Positions 19,432 to 29,998 are shown, counted from the stretch's first letter. The stretch: 64,000 bases of DNA from Spirochaetia bacterium (GCA_963677925.2 CAXXYH010000004.1:1696001-1760000); one strand, 5' to 3'. The notes: generated by a model from the letters alone, not told the origin. Made by a program: numbers and translations.

Positions 19432-20742
19432 ATGCTTTCTGTTCTGGGAATTGTTTGTGCAATAGTGTTTTTAAGTGTGGCAATTTATAAGGGGCTGAAT
19501 CCTGCCATCGCAGCCTTTGTCGGAACTCTGATGATTGTGGTAACCGGTGCTTCGGGGGTGACCCGGGGCTGGAATGACGCTATGGGTATGGCCGGCGGTG
19601 TTTTCACGATGATGGGACCTCTTTTCATCCTCGGCGGCATAATGGGGCTGCTCTACGCAAGATCAGGCGCCATTAAATCACTTGCAGATTTTCTGATGGC
19701 TCCGGTTGATAAAATCAATGAAGGCAGAGGCCGTTACTTTGCTGTAATCTGGGTTATCATCCTTGTGAGATTTCTACTTGGTCTGGCCGGTATAAGTGCC
19801 GGTGCGGATATCCCTACCATGACAGCAATGGGTGTTGTTGCCTTCAGGAAGGCTAACATGCCCAGCAAGTATATTCCTGCTCTTATAATGATTGCATCAA
19901 GTATCGGAAACCTTATTCCCGGAACTCCGACTATTGTAAACATGATGCTTGAAAAGTTCATCCCTGACTTTACAACAGGAAGTATGATGGTTCTTCGTCT
20001 TGTTATGATGCTTCTCTGGCTTCTGCTGAGTTCAATGCTCCTCACATACAAGGTTGACAAGGATGTTAAAGCCGGTTACCGGTATACTGAGGTTGAATTC
20101 AGGGTGCCTGAAGAATTTGGACCGAGAAAACCTCACTGGATTCTCTCACTTATTCCCCTTTTTGCAGTTTTCGGAACATACAACTACTTCCATCTTCAGG
20201 GATGGCAGGCTCTGATGATTGGCGCCCTGCTTTCAGCTGTGATGTTCGGCCCCTTCATGGTTGCAGAAGAAGGGAAAACAAAATTCGGTACTGTTATTTC
20301 AACCATGAATACAGGAACCCTGGCTCTTCCTCTTGCTTTCATGATGATTATGGTTCCTGCCATGGCTATGGCCACATCTTCAGGAATGCAGATTATTACT
20401 GATTTCCTCGGAGCAAGCGGAATGCCTGTTACCCTTATAATGATTATACTCTGTCTCATCATGATGGGATTTGCCGGGCCTTCAGGTGCCGCGGTTGTCG
20501 GAACTCTTTACCTCTCAATCGGAGCTCCTGCAGGAATGAGCGGACTTGGAATAGCTCTTATTGCAATCTGGAGTTCTCAGGTATTTGACTCACTTCCGAA
20601 CAATCCATCTGTTCCGCTCTGTGCAAGTATGATGGGATTGTCGGTTAAGGAAATTTATCCGAGTATATTCCAGACGACAGTTATCCTGACTTTTGTAATG
20701 ACTGTAGCGGCTGCAATTATTGCAGGACTTGGACTTGTATAA
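19432..20742 (+). CDS. GntP/IT-superfamily permease
   Basis: Highly hydrophobic; IPGTPTIVN and FDSLPNN motifs; AGGAG RBS. Confidence 0.8.
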   Translation: MLSVLGIVCAIVFLSVAIYKGLNPAIAAFVGTLMIVVTGASGVTRGWNDAMGMAGGVFTMMGPLFILGGIMGLLYARSGAIKSLADFLMAPVDKINEGRGRYFAVIWVIILVRFLLGLAGISAGADIPTMTAMGVVAFRKANMPSKYIPALIMIASSIGNLIPGTPTIVNMMLEKFIPDFTTGSMMVLRLVMMLLWLLLSSMLLTYKVDKDVKAGYRYTEVEFRVPEEFGPRKPHWILSLIPLFAVFGTYNYFHLQGWQALMIGALLSAVMFGPFMVAEEGKTKFGTVISTMNTGTLALPLAFMMIMVPAMAMATSSGMQIITDFLGASGMPVTLIMIILCLIMMGFAGPSGAAVVGTLYLSIGAPAGMSGLGIALIAIWSSQVFDSLPNNPSVPLCASMMGLSVKEIYPSIFQTTVILTFVMTVAAAIIAGLGLV

Positions 20743-20754
20743 TATTCTGCAGCG

Positions 20755-21933
20755 ATGAAAAAGATTCTACTTAAAAATGCGGCTGTCCATGATGCTCTCA
20801 ACTGGGGAATGACTTCGGATATTCTTGTTGAGGGTGATGTAATTGCAGAACTCGGAACAGGGCTTTCCGGTGATATTGAAATTGATATGAAGGGGGCAGC
20901 TGTGCTGCCCGGCTTCTTTGATGCCCATGTTCATCTTGTTAGCGGTGATGAAAAGCTTTCCGATGAAGCCCTGAGGCAGTGGGCTTTTAACGGGGTAACG
21001 ACAGTAAGGGATATGGGGTTCGGCGGAAAGCAGAGTCTTGAAGATTTCATGAACTGGGTCAATAAAACTTCCGCCTCTGAGCAGATGAGTAAATGTCCTG
21101 CGGCCGGACGCTTTGTAACCGCCCTGCACGGCTACGGGCATATAATGGGCGGCCACGAAAACGGAATTCCGGTAGGATTTCCGGACGAGGCGAGGGCTGC
21201 AGTGCGGAAGCTTTATTCGCTCGGCGCCTCAGGCATAAAGACTGCAGCAGACAGGGAGCCCGGCAGGGATGACACTCCGGTTCTTTCAACAGAGACCTTT
21301 GCCGCGATTGCTGATGAATGTGAAAAGCTTGGAATCTGGTGCGGTGCACATGTTCTGTCTGCTGATTTTCTTCCTTTGCTGGTGGAAGCAGGCATTCCGG
21401 AGATGGCTCATATTCCGCTTGATCATATACCGGATGAACTGCTTGATGAAATGGTGCGCAAGGAAATCTATATAACACCTACGCTCCAGCCCATCAATGC
21501 CCCAAGGCCGCCGCTGCCTCCGGGAGAACTTCCGCCCGAAATGAAGAAGATTATCGAAGCAATGTCAAAGATTGATACGGCCGAACAGGAGCGTATTGCC
21601 ATAGATAATGTTAAACGCTTCTTTAAGAAAGGCGGAAGGGTCGCCTTCGGAACTGATACAATGCGTATGCAGGGAAGTCCCGAGGTTCAGGGAATTGCTG
21701 TAAAGGAACTTCAGCTGCTGCATAAAGCCGGACTTTCGGTGAAAGATGCGGTAACAGCAGCTACGCTTAACTCCGCCCATGTATGTAAAATGGATAAGAC
21801 TCACGGAACCATTGAAACCGGTAAAAAAGCGGATATAATTGCCGTCGGTTCCGTGATCGATGAGACCTTTGAAGCCTTCAGCAGCATCACTTTTGTCATG
21901 AACAAAGGCGTTATAATAAGACAGGAATTATAA
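20755..21933 (+). CDS. Metal-dependent amidohydrolase
   Basis: PGFFDAHVH, GVTTVRDMG, GIK, AH, AH, FGTD, GKKADII. Confidence 0.9.
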   Translation: MKKILLKNAAVHDALNWGMTSDILVEGDVIAELGTGLSGDIEIDMKGAAVLPGFFDAHVHLVSGDEKLSDEALRQWAFNGVTTVRDMGFGGKQSLEDFMNWVNKTSASEQMSKCPAAGRFVTALHGYGHIMGGHENGIPVGFPDEARAAVRKLYSLGASGIKTAADREPGRDDTPVLSTETFAAIADECEKLGIWCGAHVLSADFLPLLVEAGIPEMAHIPLDHIPDELLDEMVRKEIYITPTLQPINAPRPPLPPGELPPEMKKIIEAMSKIDTAEQERIAIDNVKRFFKKGGRVAFGTDTMRMQGSPEVQGIAVKELQLLHKAGLSVKDAVTAATLNSAHVCKMDKTHGTIETGKKADIIAVGSVIDETFEAFSSITFVMNKGVIIRQEL

Positions 21934-22605
21934 AAGTTCCTGTACTTTCTTTTTATAAACAGGAGCCCGGGATCCTGAAAAACCGGAAAGTACGAACCAG
22001 ACCAGCTGCAGTATCCCGAAAATTATTGTTAAATTTGTCAGGATCGGAATAACTGTAATGATGCCGACGCTCCCTATGATTATTCCGAATATACCCATAA
22101 AATTGGAAAAATGATCATCCGTAAACATGGCAATACCGAAACATAGTGTCATTAGTCCACCGAGAATCTCACCATTTCCGTTTCCGATAGCAGTAGCAAC
22201 AGTATCCAGTATCTGCCATAAATACACTGCCTGTTCCTGGTTTTCAGCAAAAAGTCCTGAAACAGGCCCTATTGCCGCATTTGTTATCATTCCGCTTGCC
22301 GTGAGGGAGCCCGCCCAGATGAATCCGATTACTGATGCGAACCTTACAGGAAGTGTTTCGCGATTTGCCATTCGGGATTTCAGGAATAGAATAAACAAAA
22401 CCAGAACCGGTCCAAAAAGAACGTACATAAGTAAATGGCAAATGAAAAATATCGATTTCATTTCTGCAATCATTTTGACTTTTTCAATTTCATCAGTAAT
22501 GGCTGGATATTTCAGAACTGCGACAAATATGATTATTCCGGCCAGATAGGCTGATGCGAGATACAGGCTGGCAGCCTTTCCGATAATGTGTTGGTTAGCT
22601 TTCAT
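21928..22605 (-). CDS. Integral membrane protein (DUF4386-like)
   Basis: About 6 TM segments; lies directly downstream of the Crp/Fnr gene. Confidence 0.65.
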   Translation of the reverse strand: MKANQHIIGKAASLYLASAYLAGIIIFVAVLKYPAITDEIEKVKMIAEMKSIFFICHLLMYVLFGPVLVLFILFLKSRMANRETLPVRFASVIGFIWAGSLTASGMITNAAIGPVSGLFAENQEQAVYLWQILDTVATAIGNGNGEILGGLMTLCFGIAMFTDDHFSNFMGIFGIIIGSVGIITVIPILTNLTIIFGILQLVWFVLSGFSGSRAPVYKKKVQELL

Positions 22606-22700
22606 ATAAACATCTCCTGCGCTATATTTGATTTATTAATATTTAATGTACAGGCGCAGGTCCGGATAATCCATTGACTTTGGTTAAGAAAGAACGGGTA

Positions 22701-23276
22701 TTATATTCTTTTAGAGATTCTTTTTCGAATCCGGCTGAGCGATTCAGGTTTTATTCCGAGGTAGCTGGCTATCTGATACTGAGGAACCCTTTGTATAAGC
22801 TCAGGTTTTCTTTGAACCAGATTTTGATAGCGCTCTTCCGGGGTAGATGTTTTAAAATCATCAAAGGATTCTTTATATTCAATCATCATCTTATCAGCAA
22901 TAATTCTCGACATTGTTTCAAGCTGCGGATATTTTAGATACATGTCTTCTTCAACCTCCGGAGTTCCTATAACTGCAACAGTGTCTTCAAGACATTCCAG
23001 CGTAATATCTGAGGCTGTCTTTTTTCCATAACTTGACGGCGTGACTGAATGTTCTTCCAGATAAAAATCAACAGTGACTTCTTCATCTTTTTTCAGGCAA
23101 TAGCTGCGGATTAATCCTTTCAGAATAAAATAACATTCATTACAGAAATCTCCCTGCCTGAGCAGAACTGTCCCTCTGGGGAATTCTTTGATAAAGAGAT
23201 TTTCTTCTAAAGCCTTTTCCAGTTCCGAGTTGATTTCTATATATTTTGACAGGTAATGGACAAGATTATTTTTCAT
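22701..23276 (-). CDS. Crp/Fnr family regulator
   Basis: cNMP domain (LLRQGD, YFILKGLIR) and HTH IASYLGIKPESLSRIRK. Confidence 0.92.
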   Translation of the reverse strand: MKNNLVHYLSKYIEINSELEKALEENLFIKEFPRGTVLLRQGDFCNECYFILKGLIRSYCLKKDEEVTVDFYLEEHSVTPSSYGKKTASDITLECLEDTVAVIGTPEVEEDMYLKYPQLETMSRIIADKMMIEYKESFDDFKTSTPEERYQNLVQRKPELIQRVPQYQIASYLGIKPESLSRIRKRISKRI

Positions 23277-23411
23277 ATTAATACAAAAAACTCCTCCATT
23301 TCAAAAGGTTACTTTATACACCTATCATAGACCTATTTATGGTCCAGGTCATCCCGTAAAGGCTTCAGTTTTTAATTATGAGCAAATTTATAAGAAAAAA
23401 ATATCTTTTTA

Positions 23412-23441
23412 TTGACATATAGAGAATCCCGTACATAGAAT
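23412..23441 (+). promoter_or_regulatory. sigma70-type promoter of the Mrp-Mbx operon
   Basis: TTGACA-18 bp-TAGAAT about 100 bp upstream of the first gene. Confidence 0.55.
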
Positions 23442-23543
23442 GATATATATGTATCGATATAAATTTGCACTTTAAAATGACATCAACTAAGCTGAAAGTA
23501 TATCGTTCTGATTCATTCAATAAAAAGATACGGGGGGAATAAT

Positions 23544-24035
23544 GTGAGGGTAAAAGCCGCATTCGTATCGCTGGTACTCGGCTTCCTGATTTGGCTGGGT
23601 ATAAACAGCAGCATGAAAACCGATGTATTAACTGCAGGTATAATTATCACAGTTATAACATCGCTTTTCTATCTCGGCTCGGGCATGTTTACAGAAGTCA
23701 GGCTGACGCCGAGGGCTCTGGCAGCTCTGATTGCCTGGATAGTCGTTTTTCTGATAGAGCTGATCAAATCAAATATTGACGTGATGTCCAGGGTTGTAAC
23801 TCCGAAGGTCAGGATAAATCCTGCAATCGTGGAAGTTAAAACAAAACTGAAATCACCGCTTGGCAGGCTTGCTCTTGCCAATTCCATCACTCTGACTCCG
23901 GGTACCCTTACTGCGGATATTGTCGGAGACACTTTATTCATTCACTGGATTGATGCCTCAAGTACTGATGTTGAAGGTGCTACAGAGAAGATTGTAGCCA
24001 AATTCGAACGGCATCTGGAGGTGCTCTTTGGCTGA
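23544..24035 (+). CDS. mnhE: Mrp subunit E (MbxA-like)
   Basis: LANSITLTPGTLT and LFIHWID. Confidence 0.93.
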   Translation: MRVKAAFVSLVLGFLIWLGINSSMKTDVLTAGIIITVITSLFYLGSGMFTEVRLTPRALAALIAWIVVFLIELIKSNIDVMSRVVTPKVRINPAIVEVKTKLKSPLGRLALANSITLTPGTLTADIVGDTLFIHWIDASSTDVEGATEKIVAKFERHLEVLFG

Positions 24036-24288
24036 CAAAATTATTTTAATAGCGGCGCTTATTACTTTGTTAAGCGTATTCATCTCGCTTATAAGGTTTA
24101 TTAAAGGCCCCACAGTTCTGGACAGGCTTGTAGCATTCGATGCAATAAGCATCATGGCTATTTCTGTGATAGTTATGCTTGCCTGGATGGTCAAAAGGTT
24201 TATCTATGTTGACGTTGCCCTTGTTTACGGCCTGCTCAGCTTTCTGGGTGTGCTGGTAGTTGCAAGATATTTTGAGAGGGGGCTGTAA
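24028..24288 (+). CDS. mnhF: Mrp subunit F (MbxB-like)
   Basis: KGPTVLDRLVAFD; three TM segments. Confidence 0.92.
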   Translation: MADKIILIAALITLLSVFISLIRFIKGPTVLDRLVAFDAISIMAISVIVMLAWMVKRFIYVDVALVYGLLSFLGVLVVARYFERGL

Positions 24289-24629
24289 TGGAATTAGCCG
24301 GTTCAATTCTTGTACTTATCGGTTCGCTGGTATTTTTTCTGAGTGCTCTCGGAATTATCAGAATGCCTGATGTTTACAACCGTATTCAGACAGGTACGAA
24401 GGCAACTACGCTTGGTACCATTTTTGTCATGATCGGCATTTCTCTTATCCTTCCAGGCTGGGCTCCGAAGCTTGCTGTGCTGATTATTTTTATCATTCTG
24501 ACTAACCCTGTTTCCTCTCATGTTGTTGCCAGGGCAGCCCACTTTAATAAAGAACCCATGACAATACTTACAGTTGAAGACAGGATGGAGGATATGGAAA
24601 GTATCGAAACTGAAGGAGAGAAGGTATGA
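24288..24629 (+). CDS. mnhG: Mrp subunit G (MbxC-like)
   Basis: RMPDVYNR...KATTLG and NPVSSH. Confidence 0.92.
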   Translation: MELAGSILVLIGSLVFFLSALGIIRMPDVYNRIQTGTKATTLGTIFVMIGISLILPGWAPKLAVLIIFIILTNPVSSHVVARAAHFNKEPMTILTVEDRMEDMESIETEGEKV

Positions 24630-24868
24630 ATATAATTTTCATTGTTATTGCAGCTATGACGATTATTACCGCTCTCACCGCGGTTATAGTTAAAGACAGG
24701 ATAGTAGCAATACTTGCTGCAGGAGCTGTCGGTCTGTTTGCTGCAATTCTATTCATTATAATGGCCGCGCCTGATGTTGCCATGACCGAGGCCGCCATAG
24801 GCAGCGGTCTTACAACCTTTATATTCTTTTTCGCTCTGAAAAAGATAAGGGGGCGCAACGATGGTTAA
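24626..24868 (+). CDS. MbhD/DUF4040 membrane subunit
   Basis: APDVAMTEAAIGSG. Confidence 0.9.
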   Translation: MNIIFIVIAAMTIITALTAVIVKDRIVAILAAGAVGLFAAILFIIMAAPDVAMTEAAIGSGLTTFIFFFALKKIRGRNDG

Positions 24869-25565
24869 AAAGGGGTTTCTTCTTTTATTGATTGTTGCGG
24901 TGGCCGTCATTTTCTCCGGATATATTCTGCAGTATTCGGAAAAATCCGAGCTGCCGGCTGTTTCTTCCCATTATCTTACGGAAGGACCTGAGGAACTGGG
25001 CTCTGCAAACATTGTGACATCTGTAGTTGTTACCTACCGCGGACTTGATACTCTGGGTGAGGTTACCATCCTTTTTGCCGCCTCCACTGTAGTTGGTCTG
25101 CTTATCCATCTGAATAAAAACGAGAACCGCAGAAGAAGGGAGGGAAGTGAACTGCTTAAAACCTCTTCCAGACTCCTTTTTCCGCTTCTGCTCATGTTCG
25201 GAATATACGTTTTTATAAACGGACATCTCAGTCCGGGCGGAGGTTTCCAGGGCGGTGCAATTATTGCTTCGGCAATAGTCCTCAGGGTGCTTGCCGAACC
25301 TAACCGGAAGACCGGTCATACAGTTATGTCTGTGATTGAATCACTTTCCGGCCTTGCCTATATCGGAATAGGTGCCGCCGGAGCACTGCTGATTGTGAAC
25401 GGCTTTCTTGACAATAGACTGATTCCACTTGGAGCCTACGGCAGCCTGTTCAGTGCAGGTTTAATTCCTGTGATCTACTCTGTTGTCGGCCTGAAGGTTG
25501 GATCTGAGCTGAGTTCGGTAGTTGTTACACTCAATGGTGAATCAACAGAGGAGGCGGCAGAATGA
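24861..25565 (+). CDS. mnhB: Mrp subunit B (MbhE+F-like)
   Basis: NIVTSVVVTYRGLDTLGE and GHLSPGGGFQGG. Confidence 0.92.
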   Translation: MVKKGFLLLLIVAVAVIFSGYILQYSEKSELPAVSSHYLTEGPEELGSANIVTSVVVTYRGLDTLGEVTILFAASTVVGLLIHLNKNENRRRREGSELLKTSSRLLFPLLLMFGIYVFINGHLSPGGGFQGGAIIASAIVLRVLAEPNRKTGHTVMSVIESLSGLAYIGIGAAGALLIVNGFLDNRLIPLGAYGSLFSAGLIPVIYSVVGLKVGSELSSVVVTLNGESTEEAAE

Positions 25566-25912
25566 TAGGTACTGCAGCACTTGTAACCGGAGTCCTTCTG
25601 TTTCTTATAGGGTTATGGGGAGTTCTTACAAATAAAGACATTATCCGTATAACTGTAGGATTCACAATATTTGATGTCGGAATTCACCTGATAATGATAA
25701 GTGCCGGCTATGTAACAGGAGGTACTGCGCCAATTATATCAAGTCTTTCGGAAATCGGGGCAGAATATGTCGACCCGGTTCCGCAGGCCCTTGTTCTTAC
25801 GGCAATCGTTATCGGTCTTGGAATCACAGCCTTTATGCTTACATATGCTGTGAGCATGTACAATAAAAAGGGAAGTCTTGAAATAGACAGGTTCGAGGAG
25901 CTCAAATGGTAA
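25562..25912 (+). CDS. mnhC: Mrp subunit C / NuoK-like
   Basis: DPVPQALVLTAIVIG. Confidence 0.93.
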   Translation: MIGTAALVTGVLLFLIGLWGVLTNKDIIRITVGFTIFDVGIHLIMISAGYVTGGTAPIISSLSEIGAEYVDPVPQALVLTAIVIGLGITAFMLTYAVSMYNKKGSLEIDRFEELKW

Positions 25913-28900
25913 ATCCGATTTATATAATTGTAATAACCCTCGGTGCCGCGTTTCTTATCGGATTGTTCCGAAAAACAGGACCGGGAATTCATGTAGCATT
26001 GGCCCTTATTGCAACGGCCGCTATTACTGCTGTTTCCGCTCAGTGGACTATAGGAATCCTGGCCGGAAGTGTTGAGGACATAAACATTTTTACGGCCGGT
26101 ATGAATCCGCCGCTTTCAATAAATCTATATATGGGAAAAATCGAAGCGGTTTTAACGCTCATAGTTAATGCAGCCGTTTTTCTGAGTACCATGTACATTG
26201 GGCGTGAATACAGAAAATCATCTGTTTTCACCTTCATGCTTCTGCTCGTTTTTGCAATGGGACTGAACGGAATAATACTTACAAGAGATCTTTTCAACCT
26301 CTTTGTGTTTATAGAGATTGTCAGCATTGCCTCCGCAGGTCTGATCGTCCTTAACAGCGATATTAAGCAGCTGGGTGCAGGTTTTAAATATGTTATTGCA
26401 GGTGCTCTTGCAAGCGGCTTTATGCTGATTGGAATAATATTCACTTACTACCGCACAGGTTCACTGAATATAGATGTGATTACCGGCATGTTCAGTTTTG
26501 AGCTGGTTAAGGCCTGCTACGTCGGAATGTTTCTTCTGTTTATCGGTATTATTATCGAGCTGAAACCCTTTCCGGCAAACGGCTGGGGACTTGATGCCTA
26601 TGAAGCATCAGCCAGTCCAGTCGGGGCAATGCTTGCCGGCGGAACAGCTACGGCAATGTTTTTTGCATACACAAAAATCAACCAGCTTTCTGGCGGTACA
26701 TTTCTGAATGCGTCTCTCTACATAGGTGCGCTCACGTTTGCAGGAATGAACATCCTGGCTTTGAAGCAGACAAGTGCTAAACGTCTTCTTGGCTATTCAT
26801 CAATTTCACAGATAGGAATGGTTGTGATGGTTTATGCCATGGTCAACTTCTTTGATATTGAAAACGGCATGATGATCGTACTCGCGCTTCTTGTGACTCA
26901 TGCTATTGCCAAGGCTGTCCTGTTCTGGCTTTCGGGTATAATCGGTAAGGCCGGTACAGATGAATGGGGAATTATCCGCAAACGGAACATCCTTATAGCT
27001 GTTTTTGCGATTGCTGTTGGAGCGCTTCTGGCGCTGCCCCCATTCCCTTCATTCTATGCTAAATGGGAACTTGTAATGAAGTTGGCAGCTTCAGGGCATT
27101 ACGGATGGATTTTTATTCTTCTGGGCGGAGCCCTCATCGAAGCTGTTTATCTTATGAGATGGTTCGGCAATGCTGTTAAGAATGATTATTCAGAAGAGGA
27201 TAAGCTTGATTTCAGGTTCGGAACAGCAGTTCCTGTTCTTGCAGGTGCAGCAGCCCTGCTTGCTCTGGGTTATTTTTCTGCTGATTATTCCTCCTTTGGA
27301 AATACGGTCAACTGGCTGCTTCCTGCAGCCGTAGTTGTTCTTATGCTGCTGGATTTCCTTCCTGCAATTGTAAAGAACATTCTGCTAATTGCCGCGGTGG
27401 CATATTACGGCTATCCGCTGCTTATGGAAATCGGCGGCTACCGTTCAATTTTTGCAGGAATTTTCATTGTGGGAGCACTTGTTACCCTGCTTCCGGGATT
27501 CATGAAAAAAGATCGCCGTATGGGCTTTTACCCGTCTGTGAGTATGATGTTTGCAGGCCTTGTAGGAATACTCGAAGCGACTGATATGCTTTCGTTCTTC
27601 TTTTTCTGGGAACTTATGACCCTCGGCTCATACTTTCTCATCCTGAGAGGAAAGAATTCAAAACCGCATGCCTTAAGCTATATGCTCTTTTCGCTCGGCG
27701 GTGCATATTTGATAATGAGCGGTTTCGCTCTTTCATACGCCCAGACCGGGGCTTCCTCGATTGCCCTTTCGATACTCCCTGAGGCAGCCTCAGGACCTTT
27801 ACCCGGTATAACGATGCTGCTTCTGTCGGTAGGATTCATGACAAAGATGGCCTCTGCAGGGCTTCATATCTGGCTGCCGGGCGCCCACGCTGAAGCTGAG
27901 ACCGATGTATCCCCGATGGTATCCGGTATTCTGCTTAAAGCCGGTGTATTCGGGCTTCTTATGACCTTTATCGCCTTCGGCGAGCAGACAATCGGCCGGG
28001 TCAATATTCCATATGTTCTAAGCTGGGTAGGCGTAATTACCGCCCTGGTTGCAAACTACATGGCTGCCCTGCAGGAGGATGCGAAGCGGATGCTGGCCTA
28101 TTCAAGTATAGGGCAGATGGGTTATGTCCTTTTCGGCCTTGCCCTGATGTCCCACCTCGGATGGCTGAGTGCGCTCTCTCTATCATTGGTACATTTCATT
28201 TACAAGGTTGTTCTCTTCCTTGCTATCGGCGGTGTTGTTTACAGGGTTAAGACCCGCAACATGTATCAGATGGGCGGCCTTATTACTAGAATGCCTCTGA
28301 GTTTTTTCAATGTACTTGTCTGTATTATCGCTCTTTCGGGAATTCCTCCTCTGGCGGGATTCGGCGGACGCTGGCTGACCTATAACGCTGTTATAGAGAA
28401 GGGCTGGCTGCTGCAGGGTGTTGTTGCCGGTATTGCAGGCCTTGTAGCCTTTCTCTACCTCTTCAGACTTATTGCAACTATTTTTCTCGGGCAGCTGAAG
28501 GATGAGCATCGCAAAGTCAAAGAGGCTCCGTTCTTTATTATGCTGCCTCAGCTGATTCTGATTCTGGCGGTTATCTATCTGTCATTCTTCCCGGGATCCT
28601 TTCTCAAGCCGATTGGTGAGATCCTGATGGATTTCCATACTGAGGGAGCTCTGACCTGGAACGGTTCGCTTGCTATTTCAGACTACGGATACTGGAACGG
28701 TCAGATGGTAATGTGGGTTTTTATTGGACTGTTTGCAGTTTTCTTTGTGATTCTGTTTCTTACCAACAGGCACAACCAGCAGATCAAACAGTTTAATATC
28801 GTCTACGCTGCTGAACGTCCGGCCCGTCCGGAAACCACACATTTTGCATACAATATGTTTGCACATTACAGGAAGGCCGTTGGTTTTCTTGAATATCCTT

Positions 28901-29052
28901 TGACTACCAAATTCTGGAACTCCATTTCCGAACTGCTGCATGCGGTATCCGGATTTTTCAGAAGAATCTACACCGGCAACGGGCAGACATATCTGCTTCA
29001 GATGCTGCTGTTTGTAGTCATCTGCTATCTGCTTGACAATGGAGGTTTTTAG
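25906..29052 (+). CDS. Fused double antiporter-like subunit (two MrpD/NuoM-N-type modules)
   Basis: Two full motif sets: DLFNLFVFIE / KRLLGYSS / HAIAK / PPFPSFYAKW and DMLSFFFFWE / HIWLPGAH / KRMLAYSS / GIPPLAGF; C-terminal YTGNGQTY. Confidence 0.9.
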   Translation: MVNPIYIIVITLGAAFLIGLFRKTGPGIHVALALIATAAITAVSAQWTIGILAGSVEDINIFTAGMNPPLSINLYMGKIEAVLTLIVNAAVFLSTMYIGREYRKSSVFTFMLLLVFAMGLNGIILTRDLFNLFVFIEIVSIASAGLIVLNSDIKQLGAGFKYVIAGALASGFMLIGIIFTYYRTGSLNIDVITGMFSFELVKACYVGMFLLFIGIIIELKPFPANGWGLDAYEASASPVGAMLAGGTATAMFFAYTKINQLSGGTFLNASLYIGALTFAGMNILALKQTSAKRLLGYSSISQIGMVVMVYAMVNFFDIENGMMIVLALLVTHAIAKAVLFWLSGIIGKAGTDEWGIIRKRNILIAVFAIAVGALLALPPFPSFYAKWELVMKLAASGHYGWIFILLGGALIEAVYLMRWFGNAVKNDYSEEDKLDFRFGTAVPVLAGAAALLALGYFSADYSSFGNTVNWLLPAAVVVLMLLDFLPAIVKNILLIAAVAYYGYPLLMEIGGYRSIFAGIFIVGALVTLLPGFMKKDRRMGFYPSVSMMFAGLVGILEATDMLSFFFFWELMTLGSYFLILRGKNSKPHALSYMLFSLGGAYLIMSGFALSYAQTGASSIALSILPEAASGPLPGITMLLLSVGFMTKMASAGLHIWLPGAHAEAETDVSPMVSGILLKAGVFGLLMTFIAFGEQTIGRVNIPYVLSWVGVITALVANYMAALQEDAKRMLAYSSIGQMGYVLFGLALMSHLGWLSALSLSLVHFIYKVVLFLAIGGVVYRVKTRNMYQMGGLITRMPLSFFNVLVCIIALSGIPPLAGFGGRWLTYNAVIEKGWLLQGVVAGIAGLVAFLYLFRLIATIFLGQLKDEHRKVKEAPFFIMLPQLILILAVIYLSFFPGSFLKPIGEILMDFHTEGALTWNGSLAISDYGYWNGQMVMWVFIGLFAVFFVILFLTNRHNQQIKQFNIVYAAERPARPETTHFAYNMFAHYRKAVGFLEYPLTTKFWNSISELLHAVSGFFRRIYTGNGQTYLLQMLLFVVICYLLDNGGF

Positions 29053-29997
29053 ATGGGTGAATTTGAATACATAAAAATTCTATATGCACTCGTAACCATC
29101 TTTCTGCTGATAATTTACGGACTTGTTCTGCAGGGAATTATAGGAAAGATATATGCAAGGGTTGGTAAACGCCGCGGTATCAGGATTTATCAGCCGTTTA
29201 TAAACATAATAAGGCAGTGGGCCACCCGCTCATCAGTTTCACACGGAGTTATGTTCTACATCGCTCCTGTATTCCGCTTTGTCGGCGGAGCAGGCATACT
29301 GCTTTTTATTCCGCTGATCTACGGCGCTCCGCTGTTTTCATCATTCTCTTTCTCAGGCGACCTGGTTCTCATTTCCTATTTTATATTTCTGGGAACCCTG
29401 GGAATGGCGCTTGGCGGTGCTGAGGCCGGTCATCCTTATTCAATGATTGCGGTAAGCCGCGGTCTTGCCCAGGTTACTGCGGCTGAGATTCCTCTGATAA
29501 TGGCCGTCTACTCAATGGCTGTTCAATACGGAACACTTAATATCACCGAGATCGTAGCCGCCCAGCAGGGGAGCTTTCTCAACTGGACACTGTTTACAAA
29601 TCCCGTGGCTGTCGCCGCGGCAATGCTCGGCTTCCTCGGTTCAATGATGCGTTCTCCCTTCGATATAGTAATTGCTCCGCAGGAAATACCAATCGGACCG
29701 CCCACCGAAATGCAGTCGCACTTTCTGGCAATGCTGATGACTAACAGGACTATATTTCCTGTTGCCAAGACTGTGCTTTACGTGAATTTCTTCTTCGGCG
29801 GAGTAGCCCTTTACAGCAACTGGTTTCTCACATTTGTTGTCTTCTTCCTCAAGACATTTCTTCTGTACATGTGGTCGGTTTTTGTCGGGCTTTCGTTTCC
29901 GAGATTCCGGGTGGATCACAGCATCCGCTGGTTTATAAAGTATCCGCTGATTATCGGATTAATCTCAATTATCCTCGTATATATAAGGTACTATTGA
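29053..29997 (+). CDS. NuoH/MbxM-like membrane subunit
   Basis: IYQPF, RSPFDIVIAPQEIPIGPPTE, FPRFRVD. Confidence 0.9.
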   Translation: MGEFEYIKILYALVTIFLLIIYGLVLQGIIGKIYARVGKRRGIRIYQPFINIIRQWATRSSVSHGVMFYIAPVFRFVGGAGILLFIPLIYGAPLFSSFSFSGDLVLISYFIFLGTLGMALGGAEAGHPYSMIAVSRGLAQVTAAEIPLIMAVYSMAVQYGTLNITEIVAAQQGSFLNWTLFTNPVAVAAAMLGFLGSMMRSPFDIVIAPQEIPIGPPTEMQSHFLAMLMTNRTIFPVAKTVLYVNFFFGGVALYSNWFLTFVVFFLKTFLLYMWSVFVGLSFPRFRVDHSIRWFIKYPLIIGLISIILVYIRYY

Positions 29998-29998
29998 T

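Noticed and set aside
23300-23365. Possible c-di-GMP riboswitch or structured leader (GGTCTATGATAG on the minus strand)
   Set aside because: The GCAAA/GAAA core elements and pairing are not present.
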